Below are positions 15,340-29,400 of a DNA stretch of 64,000 nt, one piece after another. A program made the translations under genes and the position numbers. Position 1 is the stretch's first letter, and each line of letters begins with the position of its first letter. This DNA comes from the human T2T-CHM13v2.0 reference genome, Homo sapiens, in NCBI RefSeq assembly GCF_009914755.1, contig NC_060937.1, one strand, 5' to 3'. The notes under the pieces were generated by a model. It saw nothing but the letters and a program-made list of their open reading frames with translations, had not been told where the DNA came from and made no database searches.

Positions 15340-17450
15340 CACTCGGTTGTTTCCATTCCATTCCAGTAATTTCCATTCCATTCCATTCCATTCCATTCTA
15401 TTCCATTCCATTCCATACCATTCCACCAAAGTTGATTGCATGTTATTCCATTCCATTCCATTCCATTCCATTCCATTAAATTCCATTCCATTCCTTTCCA
15501 CTCGGGTTGATTCCATTCCATTCAATTCTGTTCCGTTCCGTTCCGTTCCATTCCATTCCATATCATTCCTTTGCATTCCACTCGTGTTGATTTCATTCCA
15601 TTCCATTCCATTCCAATCCATTCCATTGCTTTCCATTCCACTCGGGTTGTTTCCATTCCATTTCATTAGTTTCCCTTCCATTCCATTCCATTCCATTCCA
15701 TTCCATTCCATTTCACTCAGGTTGATTCTGTTCCATTCCACTGTATTCCATTCCAGTTGATTCCATTGCATTCCATTCCTTTCCATTCCTATGTATTCCG
15801 TTACATTCCATTACACTGGTGTTGATTCCATTCCATTTCAATCCATTCCATTCCATTCAATTCCCTTCCATTCCATTCCATAGCATTCCACAAATTTTGA
15901 TTCCATACCATTCCATTGCATTTCATTCCTTTCCATTCCATTCCAATCCATTCCATTCCATTCCATTTAAATCCTTTCTATTCCTTTCCATTTCATTCCA
16001 TTCCATCCCTTTCCTCTCGGGTTGATTCCATTCCATTCCGTTCCATTCCGTTCAATTCCGTTCCATTCCATTCCATTCCATTCCATTCCATTCCATTCCA
16101 TTGCATTGCACATGTGTGACTCCATTCCATTCTATTCCATTCCATTCCATTCCATTCCATTCCATTCCATTTCATTCCATTCCATTGCATTCCATTTGGG
16201 TTGATAACTTTCCATTCCATTCCATTGCATTCCATTTGCGTTGATACCTTTCCATTCCATTCCATTCCATACCATTCCATTCCGTTCTGTTCCATTCCAT
16301 TCGGGTTGACTCCATTCCATTCCATTCCATTCCACTCCATTCCATCCCATTCCATCCCATTCCATTCCATTCCATTCCATTTCATTCCATTCCATTGCAT
16401 TCCATTTGGGTTGATACCTTTCCATTCCATTCCATTCCATACCATTCCATTCCATTCCATTCCATTCCATTCAGGGTGACTCCATTCCATTCCATTCCAT
16501 TCCATTCCATTGCATTCCACTCCATTCCAATCCATTATATTCCATTCAGGTTGAATCCCTTCCATTCCATTCCATTCCAATGCATTCCATTTTATTCAGT
16601 TCCACTCGGATTCAGTCAATTCAATTCCATTCCATTCCATTCTATTGCATTTCATTCCATTCCATTCTACTCAGGTTGATTCCATTCCAGTCCATTCCAT
16701 TCCGTTCCACTCGGGTTGATTCTATTCCGTTCCTTTCCATTTCATTCCATTCTATTCCATTCCATTCCATTCCACTCGGGTTGATTCCATTCCATTCCAT
16801 TCCATTGCATTCCGTTCCATTCCATTCAACTCGGGTTGATTCCATGCCATTCCATTCCACTCGCATTCAATCTATTCCATTCCATTTCATTCCGTTCTGT
16901 TCCATTCCATTCTATTGCATTCCATAATATTCCATTCCACTCGGGATGACTCCATTCCCTTCCATTATATACCGTTCCATTCCATTCCATTCCATTCCAC
17001 TCCGGTTGATTCCATTCCATTCCATTCCATTCCATTCCATTCCATTCCATTCCATTCCATTCCACTCGGGTTGTTTCCATTCCATTCCTTTGCATTTCAT
17101 TCTATTCCATTCCATTCCATTCCATTCAATTCTATTCCATTCCACTCCATTCCATTCCATTCCTCTCCGATTATTCCATTCCATTCCATTCCATTCCATT
17201 CCACTCGGGTTGTTTCCATTCCATTCCATTCCATTTTATTCCATTCCTTTCCGTTCCATTCCATTCCGTTCCATACCATTCCACTCGGGTTGATTCCATA
17301 CCATTCCATTCCATGCCACTCAGGTTGATTCTTTTCGATTCCATTCCATTCCATTCCATTCCATTCCATTCCATTTCATTCCATTCCATTCCATTCCATT
17401 CTATTCCATTCCACTCCATTCCAATCCATTCCATTCCACTCGAGTTGATT
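15340..17450 (+). repeat. Solitary partial copy of the domain II unit embedded in domain I
   Basis: Carries words otherwise seen only beyond 30 kb: ACCAAAGTTGATTGCATG (~15425), CCTATGTATT (~15788), TAGCATTCCACAAATTTTGA (15881), GGGTTGATAACTTT (~16198). Colinear with ~37890-39960. Confidence 0.8.
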
Positions 17451-20400
17451 CCATTCCATTCCATTCTATTCTGTTCCACTCAGGTTGATTCCTTTCCATT
17501 CCATTCCATTTTATTCCACTCCACTCGGGTTGATTCCATTCCATTCCATTCCATTCCATTCCATTCCATTCCATTCCATTCCATTCCATTCGATTCCATT
17601 GCATTCCATTCGTGTTGATTCCATTGCATTCCATTCCATTCCACTCCATTCCATTCCATTTCATTTCATTCCAGTTGATTCCATTCCTTTCCATTCCATT
17701 CCATTCCATTCCATTCCATTCCATTCCGTTCCATTCTACTCGGGTTGATTCCATTCCATTCCATTTCATTCCATTCGATTTCATTCCACTGGTGTTTATT
17801 CCATTCCACTCCATTCCATTCCATGCCATTCGGGTTTATTCCATTTCATTCCATTCCATTCCATTCCATTGCATTCCATTCCTTTCCATTCTAATCCATT
17901 CCATTCCATTCCATTCCATTCCATTGCATTCCATTCCTTTCCATTCTATTCCATTCCATTCCATTCCATTTGTGTTGATTCCATTCCATTCCATTCCATT
18001 CCATTCCATTCCATTCCAATCCATTCCAATCCATTACATTCCACTCGGGTTGAATCCTTTCCATTGCATTCCAATGCATTCCCTTCCATTCAATTACACT
18101 CGGATTCAATCAATTCCATTCTATTCCATTCCGTTCCGTTCCACTCCATTCCATTGCATTCCATACCATTCCATTCCACTCGGGTTGATTCCATTGAATT
18201 CCATCCCATTCCATTCCATTCCATTCTATTGCATTCCATTCCATTCCATTCCACTCTTCTTGATTCCCTTGCATTCCAATCCATTCCATTCCACTCGGGT
18301 GGATTCCATTCCATTCCTTTCCATTCCATTCCATTCCATTCCATTCATTTCCACTCTGGTTGATTCCATTCCATTCCTTTCCATTTCATTCCATTCCATT
18401 CCATTCCATTCCATTCCATTCCATTCCACTCCACTCTGGTTGATTCCATTCCATTCCATTCCATTCCATTCCATTCCATTTAATTCCATTCCATTCCATT
18501 CCATTCCATTCCACTCGGGTTTATTCCATTCCATTCCATTCCATTTTATTCCATTCCATTCCGTTCCATTCCATTCCATTCCATTCCATACCATTCCACT
18601 CGGGTTGATTCCATACCATTCCATTCCATTCCACTCGGGTTGATTCTTTTCCATTCCATTCCATTCCATTCCATTCCATTCCATTCCATTCCATTCCATT
18701 CCATTCCTCTCCATTCCATTCTATTACATTCCACTCCATTCCAATCCATTCCATTCCACTCGGGTTGATTCCATTACATTCCATTCCATTCTGTTCCACT
18801 CAGGTTGATTCGTTTCCATTCCATTCCATTTTATTGCACTTCACTCGGGTTGATTCCATTCCATTCCATTCCATTCCATTCCATTCCATTCCGTTCCATT
18901 CCATTCGTGTTGATGCCATTCCAATCCATACCGTTCCATTCCATTCCATTCCATCCCATTCTTTTCGTGTTGATTCCATTCCATTCCATTCCACTCCATT
19001 CCAATCCATTACATTCCACCCGGGTTGAATCCATTCCTTTCCAATCCATTCCATTCCATTCAATTCCACTTGGATTCAATCTATTCTTTCCATTCCATTC
19101 CGTTCTGTTCCATTCCATTCCATTGCATTAGATACCATTCCATTCCACTTGGGATGATTCCATTCTATTCCATTATATTCCGTTCAATTCCATTGCATTC
19201 CATTCCATTCCATTCCACTCGTGTTGATTCCCTTGCATTCCATTCCATTCCATTCCACTTGGGTTGATTCCATTCCGTTCCTTTCCATTGCATTCCATTC
19301 CATTCCATTCCATTCCATTCCATTCCATTCTATTCCATTCCATTCCGTTCCATTCCATTCGTGTTGATGCCATTCCAATCCATACCATTCCATTCCATTT
19401 CATTGTATTCCGTTCCATTCCTTTCGTGTAGATTCCATTCCATTCCATTCCACTCCATGCCAAACCATTACATTCCACTCGGGTTGAGTCCATTCCTTTC
19501 CATTCCAATCCATTCAATTCCTTTCCAATCCATTCCATTCCATTCAGTTCCACATGGACTCAATCTATTCTTTCCATTCCATTCTGTTCTGTTCCATTCC
19601 AGGCCATTGCATTAGATACCAATCCATTCCACTTGGGATGATTCCATTCAATTCCATTATATTCCGTTCAATTCCATTGTATTCCATTCCATTCTATTCC
19701 ATTCGGGTGGATTCCAATCCATTCCATTCCACTCGGGTGGATTCCATTCCATTCCATTCCATTCCATTCCATTACAATCCATTCCACTCTGGTTGATTCC
19801 ATTCCATTCCTTTCCATTTCATTCCATTCCATTCCATTCCATTCCATTCCATTCCACTCCGGTTTATTCCATTCCATTCCATTCCATTTTATTCCATTCC
19901 GTTCCATTCCATTCCATTCCATACCATTCCACTCGGGTTGATTCCATACCATTCCTTTCCATTCCACTCGGGTTGATTCTTTTCCATTCCATTCCATTCC
20001 ATTCCATTCCATTCCATTCCATTTCATTCCATTCCACTCCATTCCATTCTATTCCATTCCACTCCATTCCAATCCATTCCATTCCACTCGAGTTGATTCC
20101 ATTCCATTCCATTCCATTCCATTCTGTTCCACTCAGGTTGATTCCTTTCCATTCCATTCCATTTTATTCCACTCCACTCGGTTTGATTCCATTCCATTCC
20201 ATTCCATTCCATTCTATTCCATTCCATTCCTTTCCATTCCATTGCATTCCACTCGTGTTGATTCCATTGCATTCCATTCCATTCCACTCCATTCCATTCC
20301 ATTTCATTCCATTCCAGTTGATTCCATTCCTTTCCATTCCATTCCATTCCATTCCGTTCCATTCTACTTGCGTTGATTCCATTCCATTCCATTTCATTCC

Positions 20401-23400
20401 ATTCGATTTCATTCCACTGGTGTTTATTCCTTTCCACTCCATTCCATTCCATTCCATTCGGGTTTATTCCATTTCATTCCATTCCATTCCATTCCATTGC
20501 ATTCCATTCCTTTCCATTCTATTCCATTCCATTCCATTCCATTTGTATTGCTTCCATTCCATTCCACTCCATTCCAATCCATTACATTCCACTCGGGTTG
20601 AGTCCTTTCCATTCCATTCCAATGCATTCCCTTTCATTCAATTCCACTCGGATTCAATCAATTCCATTCTATTCCATTCCGTTCCGTTCCACTCCATTCC
20701 ATTGCATTCCATACCATTCCATTCCACTCGGGTTGATTCCACTGAATTCCATCCCATTCCATTCCATTCCATGCTATTGCATTCCGTTCCATTCCATTCC
20801 ACTCGTGTTGATTCCCTTCCATTCCATTCCATTCCATTCCACTTGGGTTGATTCCATTCCGTTCCTTTCCATTGCATTCCATTCCATTCCATTCCATTCC
20901 ATTCCGTTCCATTCCATTCCATTCGTGTTGATGCCATTCCAATCCATATCATTCCATTCCATTCCATTCCATTCCTTTCCATTCCTTTCGTGTTGATTCC
21001 ATTCCATTCCATTCCACTCCATTCCAATCCATTACATTCCACTCGGGTTGAATTCATTCCTTTCCATTCCAATCCATTCCATTCCTTTCCAATCCATTCC
21101 ATTCCATTCAATTCCACATGGATTCAATGTATTCTTTCCATTCCATTCCGTTCTGTTCCATTCCAGTCCATTGCATTAGATACCATTCCATTCCACTCCA
21201 CTTCGGTTGATTCCATTCCATTCCATTCCATTCCAATCCATTCCATTCCATTCCACTCGGGTTGATTCCATTCCATTCCATTCCATTTTATTCCATTCCA
21301 TTCCGTTCCATTCCATTCCATTCCATACCATTCCACTTGGGTTGATTCCATACCATTACATTCCATTCCACTCGGGTTGATTCCATTCCATTCCATTCCA
21401 TTCCATTCCATTCCACTCCATTCCATTCCATTCCATTCCACTCCATTCCAGTCCATTCCATTACACTCGGGTTGATTCCATTCCATTCCATTCCATTCCA
21501 TTCCATTCCATTCCGTTCCACTCAGGTTGATTCTTTTCCATTCCATTCCATTTTATTCCACTCCACTCAGGTTGATTCCATTCCATTCCATTCCATTCCA
21601 TTCCATTCCATTCCATTCCTTTCCATTCCATTCCATTGCATTCCATTCGTGTTGATTCCATTGCATTCCATTCCATTACACTCCATTCCATTCCATTTCT
21701 TTCCATTCCAGTTGATTCCATTCCTTTCCATTCCATTCCATTCCATTCCATTCCATTCCGTTCCATTCTACTCGGGTTGATTCCATTCCATTCCATTTAA
21801 TTCCACTGGTGTTTATTCCATTCCACTCCATTCCATTCGTGTTTATTCCATTTCATTCCATTCCATTCCATTCCATTGCATTCCATTCCTTTCCATTCTA
21901 TTCCATTCCATTCCATTCCATTTGTGTTGATTCCATTCCATTCCATTCCATTCCATTCCCTTCCATTCCACTGCATTCCAATCCATTACATTCCACTCGG
22001 GTTAAATCCTTTCCATTCCATTCCAATGCATTCCCTTCCATTCAATTCCACTCGGATTCAATCAATTCCATTCTATTCCATTCCGTTCCGTTCCACTCCA
22101 TTCCATTGCATTCCATACCATTCCATTCCACTCGGGTTGATTCCATTGAATTCCATCCCATTCCATTCCATTCCATTCTATTGCATTCCATTCCATTCCA
22201 TTCCACTCGTGTAGATTCCCTTCCATTCCATTCCATTCCATTCCACTTGGGTTGATTCCATTCCGTTCCTTTCCATTGCATTCCATTCCATTCCATTCCA
22301 TTCCATTCCGTTCCATTCCATTCGTGTTGATGCCATTCCAATCCATACCATTCCATTCCATTTCATTCCATTCCGTTCCATTCCTTTCGTGTTGATTCCA
22401 TTCCATTCCATTGCACTCCATTCCAATCCATTACATTCCACTCGGGTTGAATCCATTCCTTTCCATTCTAATCCATTCCATTCCTTTCCAATCCATTCCA
22501 TGCCAATCAATTCCACATGGACTCTATCTATTCTTTCCATTCCATTCCATTCTGTTCCATTCCAATCCATTGCATTAGATACCAATCCATTCCACTTGGG
22601 ATGATTCCATTCAATTCCATTATATTCCGTTCAATTACATTGTATTCCATTCCATTCCATTCCACTCGTGTGGATACCAATCCATTCCATTCCACTCGGG
22701 TGGATTCCATTCCATTCCATTCCATTCCATTCCATTCCATTCCACTCTGGTTGATTCCATTCCATTCCTTTCCATTTCATTCCATACCATTCCATTCCAT
22801 TCCATTCTATTCCAATCCATTCCATTCCACTCCACTCTGGTTGATTCAATTCCATTCCATTCCATTCCATTCCATTTCATTTCATTCCATTCCATTCCAT
22901 TCCATTCCACTCGGGTTTATTCCATTCCATTCCATTCCATTTTATTCCATTCCATTCCGTTCCATTCCATTCCATTCCGTACAATTCCACTCGCGTTGAT
23001 TACATACCATTCCATTCCATTCCACTCAAGTTGATTCCTTTCCATTCTGTTCCATTCCATTCCATTCCATTCCATTTCATTCAATTCCACTCCATTCCAT
23101 TCTATTCCATTCCACTCCATTCCAATCCATTCCATTCCACTCGGGTTGATTCCATTCCATTCCATTCCATTCCATTCTGTTCCACTCAGGTTGAATCCTT
23201 TCCATTCCATTCCATTTTATTCCACTCCACTCGGGTTGATTCCATTCCATTCCATTCCATTCCATTCCATTCCATTCCATTCCATTGCATTCCATTCGTA
23301 TTGATTCCATTACATTCCATTCCATTCCCCTCCATTCCATTCCATTTAATTCCATTCCCGTTGACTCCATTCCTTTCCATTCCATTCCATTCCATTCTAT

Positions 23401-26400
23401 TCCTTTCCATTGCATTCCATTCCATTCCGTTCCATTCTACTCGGGTTGATTCCATTCCATTCCATTTCATTCCATTCGATTTCATTCCACTGGTGTTTAT
23501 TCCATTCCACTCCATTCCATTCCATTCCATTCGGGTTTATTCCATTTCATTCCATTCCATTCCATTCCATTGCATTCCATTCCTTTCCATTCTATTCCAT
23601 TCCATTCCATTCCATTCCATTTGTGTTGCTTCCGTTCCATTCCATTCCATTCCATTCCATTCCATTCCAATCCATTACATTCCACTCGGGTTGAATCCTT
23701 TCTATTCCATTCCAATGCATTCCCTTCCATTCAATTCCACTCGGATTCAATCAATTACATTCTATTCCATTCCGTTCTGTTCCACTCCATTCCATTGCAT
23801 TCCATACCATTCCATTCCACTCGGGTTGATTCCATTGAATTCCATCCGATTCCATTCCCTTCCATGCTATTGCATTCCATTCCATTCCATTCCACTCGTG
23901 TTGATTCCCTTCCATTCCATTCCATTCCATTCCACGTGGGTTGATTAAATTCCCTTCCTTTCCATTGCATTCCATTCCATTCCATTCCATTCCATTCCAT
24001 TCCATTCCATTCCGTTCCATTCCATTCGTGTTGATGCCATTCCAATCCATATCATTCCATTCCATTCCATTCCATTCCATTCCGTTCCATTCCTTTCGTG
24101 TTGATTCCATTCCATTCCATTCCACTCCATTCCAATCCATTACATTCAACTCGGGTTGAATCCATTCCTTTCCATTCCAATCCATTCCATTCCTTTCCAA
24201 TCCATTCCATTCCATTCAATTCCACATGGATTCAATCTATTCTTTCCATTCCATTCCGTTCTGTTCCACTCCAGTCCATTGCATTAGATACCATTCCATT
24301 CCACTCGGGATGATTCCATTCAATTCTATTATATTCCGTTCAATTCTGTTGCATTCCATTCCATTCCATTCCACTCGAGTGGATTCCACTCCATTCCATT
24401 CCATTCCATTCCATTCCATTCCACTCCGGTTGATTCCATTCCGTTCCTTTCCATTTCATTTCTTTCCATTCCATTCCATTCCTTTCCATTCCATTCCATT
24501 CCAATCCATTCCATTCCACTCCACTCCGGTTGATTCCATTCCAATCCATTCCATTCCATTCCATTCCATTCCATTCCATTCCATTCCATTCCATTCCAGT
24601 CGGGTTGATTCCATTCCATTCCATTCCGTTTTATTCCATTCCATTCCGTTCCATTCCATTCCATTCCATACCATTCCACTCGGGTTGATTCCATACCATT
24701 CCATTCCATTCCACTCGGGTTGATTCCTTTCCATTCCCTTCCATTCCTTTCCATTCCATTCCGTTACATTCCACTCCATTCCATTCCATTCCATTCCATT
24801 CCATTCCACTCCTTTCCAATCCATTCCATTCCACTCGGGTTGATTCCATTCCATTCCATTCCATTCCATTCCGTTCCACTCAGGTTGATTCTTTTCCATT
24901 CCATTCCATTTTATTCCACTCCACTCGGGTTGATTCCATTCCATTCCATTCCATTCCATTCCATTGCATTCCATTCGTGTTGATTCCATTGCATTCCATT
25001 CCATTCCACTCCATTCCATTCCATTTCATTCCATTCCAGTTGATTCCATTCCTTTCCATTCCATTCCATTCCATTCCATTCCATTCCATTCCATTCCATT
25101 CCGTTCCATTCTACTCGGGTTGATTCCATTCCATTCCATTTCATTCCATTCGATTTCACTCCACTGGTGTTTATTCCATTCCACTCCATTCCATTCCATT
25201 CCAGTCGGGTTTATTCCATTTCATTCCATTCCATTCCATTCCATTGCATTCCATTCCTTTCCATTCTATTCCATTTCATTCCATTCCATTTGTGTTGATT
25301 CCATTTCATTCCATTCCATTCCATTCCACTGCATTCCAATCCATTACATTCCACTCGGGTTGAATCCTTTCCATCCAATTCCAATGCATTCCCTTCCATT
25401 CAATTCCACTCGGATTCAATCAATTCCATTCTATTCCATTCTGTTCCGTTCCACTCCATTCCATTGCATTCCATACCATTCCATTCCACTCGGGTTGATT
25501 CCATTGAATTCCATCCCATTCCATTCCATTCCATTCGATTGCATTCCATTCCATTCCATTCCACTCGTGTTGATTCCCTTCCATTCCATTCCATTCCATT
25601 CCACTTGGGTTGATTCCATTCCGTTCCTTTCCATTGCATTCCATTCCATTCCATTCCATTCCATTCCATTCCATTCCATTCCATTCCGTTCCATTCAATT
25701 CGTGTTGATGCCATTCCAATCAATACCATTCCATTCCATTTCATTCCATTCCGTTCCATTCCTTTCGTGTTGATTCCATTCCATTCCATTGCACTCCATT
25801 CCAATCCATTACATTCCACTCGGGTTGAATCCATTCCTTTCCATTCCAATCCATTCCATTCCTTTCCAATCCATGCCATTCCATTCAATTCCACATGGAC
25901 TCAATCTATTCTTTCCATTCCATGCCGTTCTGTTCCATTCCAGTCCATTGCATTAGATACCAATCCATTCCACTTGGGATGATTCCATTCAATTCCATTA
26001 TATTCCGTTCATTTCCATTGTATTCCATTCCATTCCATTCCACTCGGGTGGATTCCAATCCATTCCTTTCCACTCGGGTGGATTCCATTCCATTCCATTC
26101 CATTCCATTCCATTCCACTCTGGTTGATTCCATTCCATTCATTTCCATTTCATTCCATTCCATTCCATTCCATTCCATTCCATTCCTTTCCATTCTATTC
26201 CATTCCATTCCAATCCATTCCATTCCACTCCACTCTGGCTGATTCCATTCCATTCCATTCCATTCCATTCCACTCGGGTTTATTCCATTCCATTCCATTC
26301 CATTTTATTTCTTTTCATTCCGTTCCATTCCATTCCATTCCATACCATTCCACTCGCGTTGATTCCATACCATTCCATTCCATTCCACTTGGGTTGATTC

Positions 26401-29400
26401 TTCTCCATTCCATTCCATTCCATTCCATTCCATTTCATTCCATTCCACTCCATTCCATTCTATTCCATTCCACTCCATTCCAATCCATTCCATTCCACTC
26501 GGGTTGATTCCATTCCATTCCATTCCATTCTGTTCCTCTCACGTTGATTCCTTTCCATTCTATTCCATTTTATTCCACTCCACCCGGGTTGATTCCATTC
26601 CATTCCATTCCATTCCATTGCATTCCATTCGTGTTGATTCCATTGCATTCCATTCCATTCCCCTCCATTCCATTCAATTTCATTCCATTCCGGTTGATTC
26701 CATTCCTTTCCATTCCATTCCATTCCATTCCATTCCGTTCCATTCTACTCGGGTTGATTCCATTCCATTCCATTTCATTCCATTCGATTTCATTCCACTG
26801 GTGTTTATTCCATTCCACTCCATTCCATTCCATTCCATTCGGGTTTATTCCATTTCATTCCATTCCATTCCATTGCATTCCATTCCTTTCCATTCTATTC
26901 CATTCCATTCCATTCCATTCCACTCGGATTCAATCAATTCCATTCTATTCCATTCCCTTCTGTTCTGATCCATTCGATTGCATTCCATACCATTCCATTC
27001 CACTCGGGTTGATTCCATTGAATTCCATCACATTCCATTCTATTGCATTCCATTCCATTCCATTCCATTCGTGTTGATTCCCTTCCATTCCATTCCATTC
27101 TATTCCACGTGGGTTGATTCCATTCCGTTCCTTTCCATTGCATTCCATTCCATTCCATTCCATTCCATTCCGTTCCATTCCTTTCGTGTTGATTCCATTC
27201 CATTCCAATCCATTCCATTCCTTTCCAATCCATTTTATTCCATTCAATTCCACATGGATTCAATCTATTCTTTCCATTCCATCCCGTTCTGTTCCATTCC
27301 AGTCCATTGCATTAGATACCATTCCATTCCACTCGGGATGATTCCATTCAATTCCATTATATTCCGTTCAATTCCATTGCATTCCATTCCATTCCATTCC
27401 ACTCGGGTGGATTCCACTCCATTCCATTCCATTCCATTCCATTCCATTCCATTCCATTCCATTCCATTCCATTCCATTCCACTCTGGTTGATTCCATTCC
27501 GTTCCTTTCCGTTCCATTCCATTCCATTCCATTCCATTCCATTCCATTCCATTCCAATCCATTCCATTCCACTCCACTCCGGTTGATTCCATTCCATTCC
27601 ATTCCATTCCATTCCATTCCATTCCATTCCATTCCATTCCATTCCATTCCATTCCACTCGGGTTGATTCCATTCCATTCCATTCCATTTTATTCCATTCC
27701 ATTCCGTTCCATTACATTCCATTCCATACCATTCCACTCAGGTTGATTCCATACCATTCCATTCCATTCCACTCGGGTTGATTCCTTTCCATTCCATTCC
27801 ATTCCATTACATTACATTCCACTCCATTCCATTCCATTCCATTCCACTCCATTCCAATCCATTCCATTCCACTCGGGTTGATTCCATTGCATTCCATTCC
27901 ATTCTGTTCCACTCAGGTTGATTCTTTTCCTTTCCATTCCATTTTATTCCACTCCACTCGGGTTGATTCCATTCCATTCCATTCCATTCCATTCCATTGC
28001 ATTCCATTCCATTCCATTCCATTGCATTCCATTCGTGTTGATTCCATTGCATTCCATTCCATTCCACTCCATTCCACTACATTTCATTCCATTCCAGTTG
28101 ATTCCATTCCTTTCCATTCCATTCCATTCAATTCCATTCCATTCCGTTCCATTCTACTCGGGTTGATTCCATTCCATTCCATTTCATTCCATTCGATTTC
28201 ATTCCACTGGTGTTTGTTCCATTCCACTCCATTCCATTCCATTCCATTCGGGTTTATTCCATTTCATTCCATTCCATTCCATTCCATTGCATTCCATTCC
28301 TTTCCATTCTATTCCATTTCATTCCATTCCAATTGTGTTGATTCCTTTCCATTCCATTCCATTCCATTCCACTGCATTCCTATCCATTACATTCCACTCG
28401 GGTTGAATCCTTTCCATTCCATTCCAGTGCATTCCCTTCCACTCAATTCCACTCGGATTCAATCAATTCCGTTCTATTCCATTCCGTTCCGTTCCACTCC
28501 ATTCCATTGCATTCCATACCATTCCATTCCACTCGGGTTGATTCCATTGAATTCCATCCCATTCCATTCCTTTCCATTCTATTGCATTCCATTCCATTCC
28601 ATTCCTCTCATGTTGATTCCCTTCCATTCCATTCCATTCCATTCCACTTGGTTTGATTCCATTCCGTTCCTTTCCATTGCATTCCATTCCATTCCATTCC
28701 ATTCCATTCCATTCCATTCCGTTCCATTCCATTCGCGTTGATGCCATTCCAATCCATACCATTCCATTCCATTTCATTCCATTCCGTTCCATTCCTTTCG
28801 TGTTGATTCCATTCCATTCCATTGCACTCCATTCCAATCCATTACATTCCACTCGGGTTGAATCCATTCCTTTCCATTCTAATCCATTCCATTCCTTTCC
28901 AATCCATTCCATGCCATTCAATTCCACATGGACTCAATCTATTCTTTCCATTCCATGCCGTTCTGTTCCATTCCAGTCCATTGCATTAGATACCAATCCA
29001 TTCCACTTGGGATGATTCCATTCAATTCCAGTATATTCCATTCAATTACATTATATTCCATTCCAGTCCATTTCATTAGATACCAATCCATTCCAGTTGG
29101 GATGATTCCATTCAATTCCATTATATTCCGTTCAATTACATTGTATTCCATTCCATTCCATTCCACTCGTGTGGATACCAATCCATTCCATTCCACTCAG
29201 GTGGATTCCATTCCATTCCATTCCATTCCATTCCATTCCACTCTGGTTGATTCCATTCCATTCCTTTCCATTTCATTCCATTCCATTCCATTCCATTCCA
29301 ATCCATTCCATTCCACTCCACTCTGGTTGATTCAATTCCATTCCATTCCATTCCATTCCATTCCATTCCATTCCATTCCATTGCATTCGGGTTTATTCCA

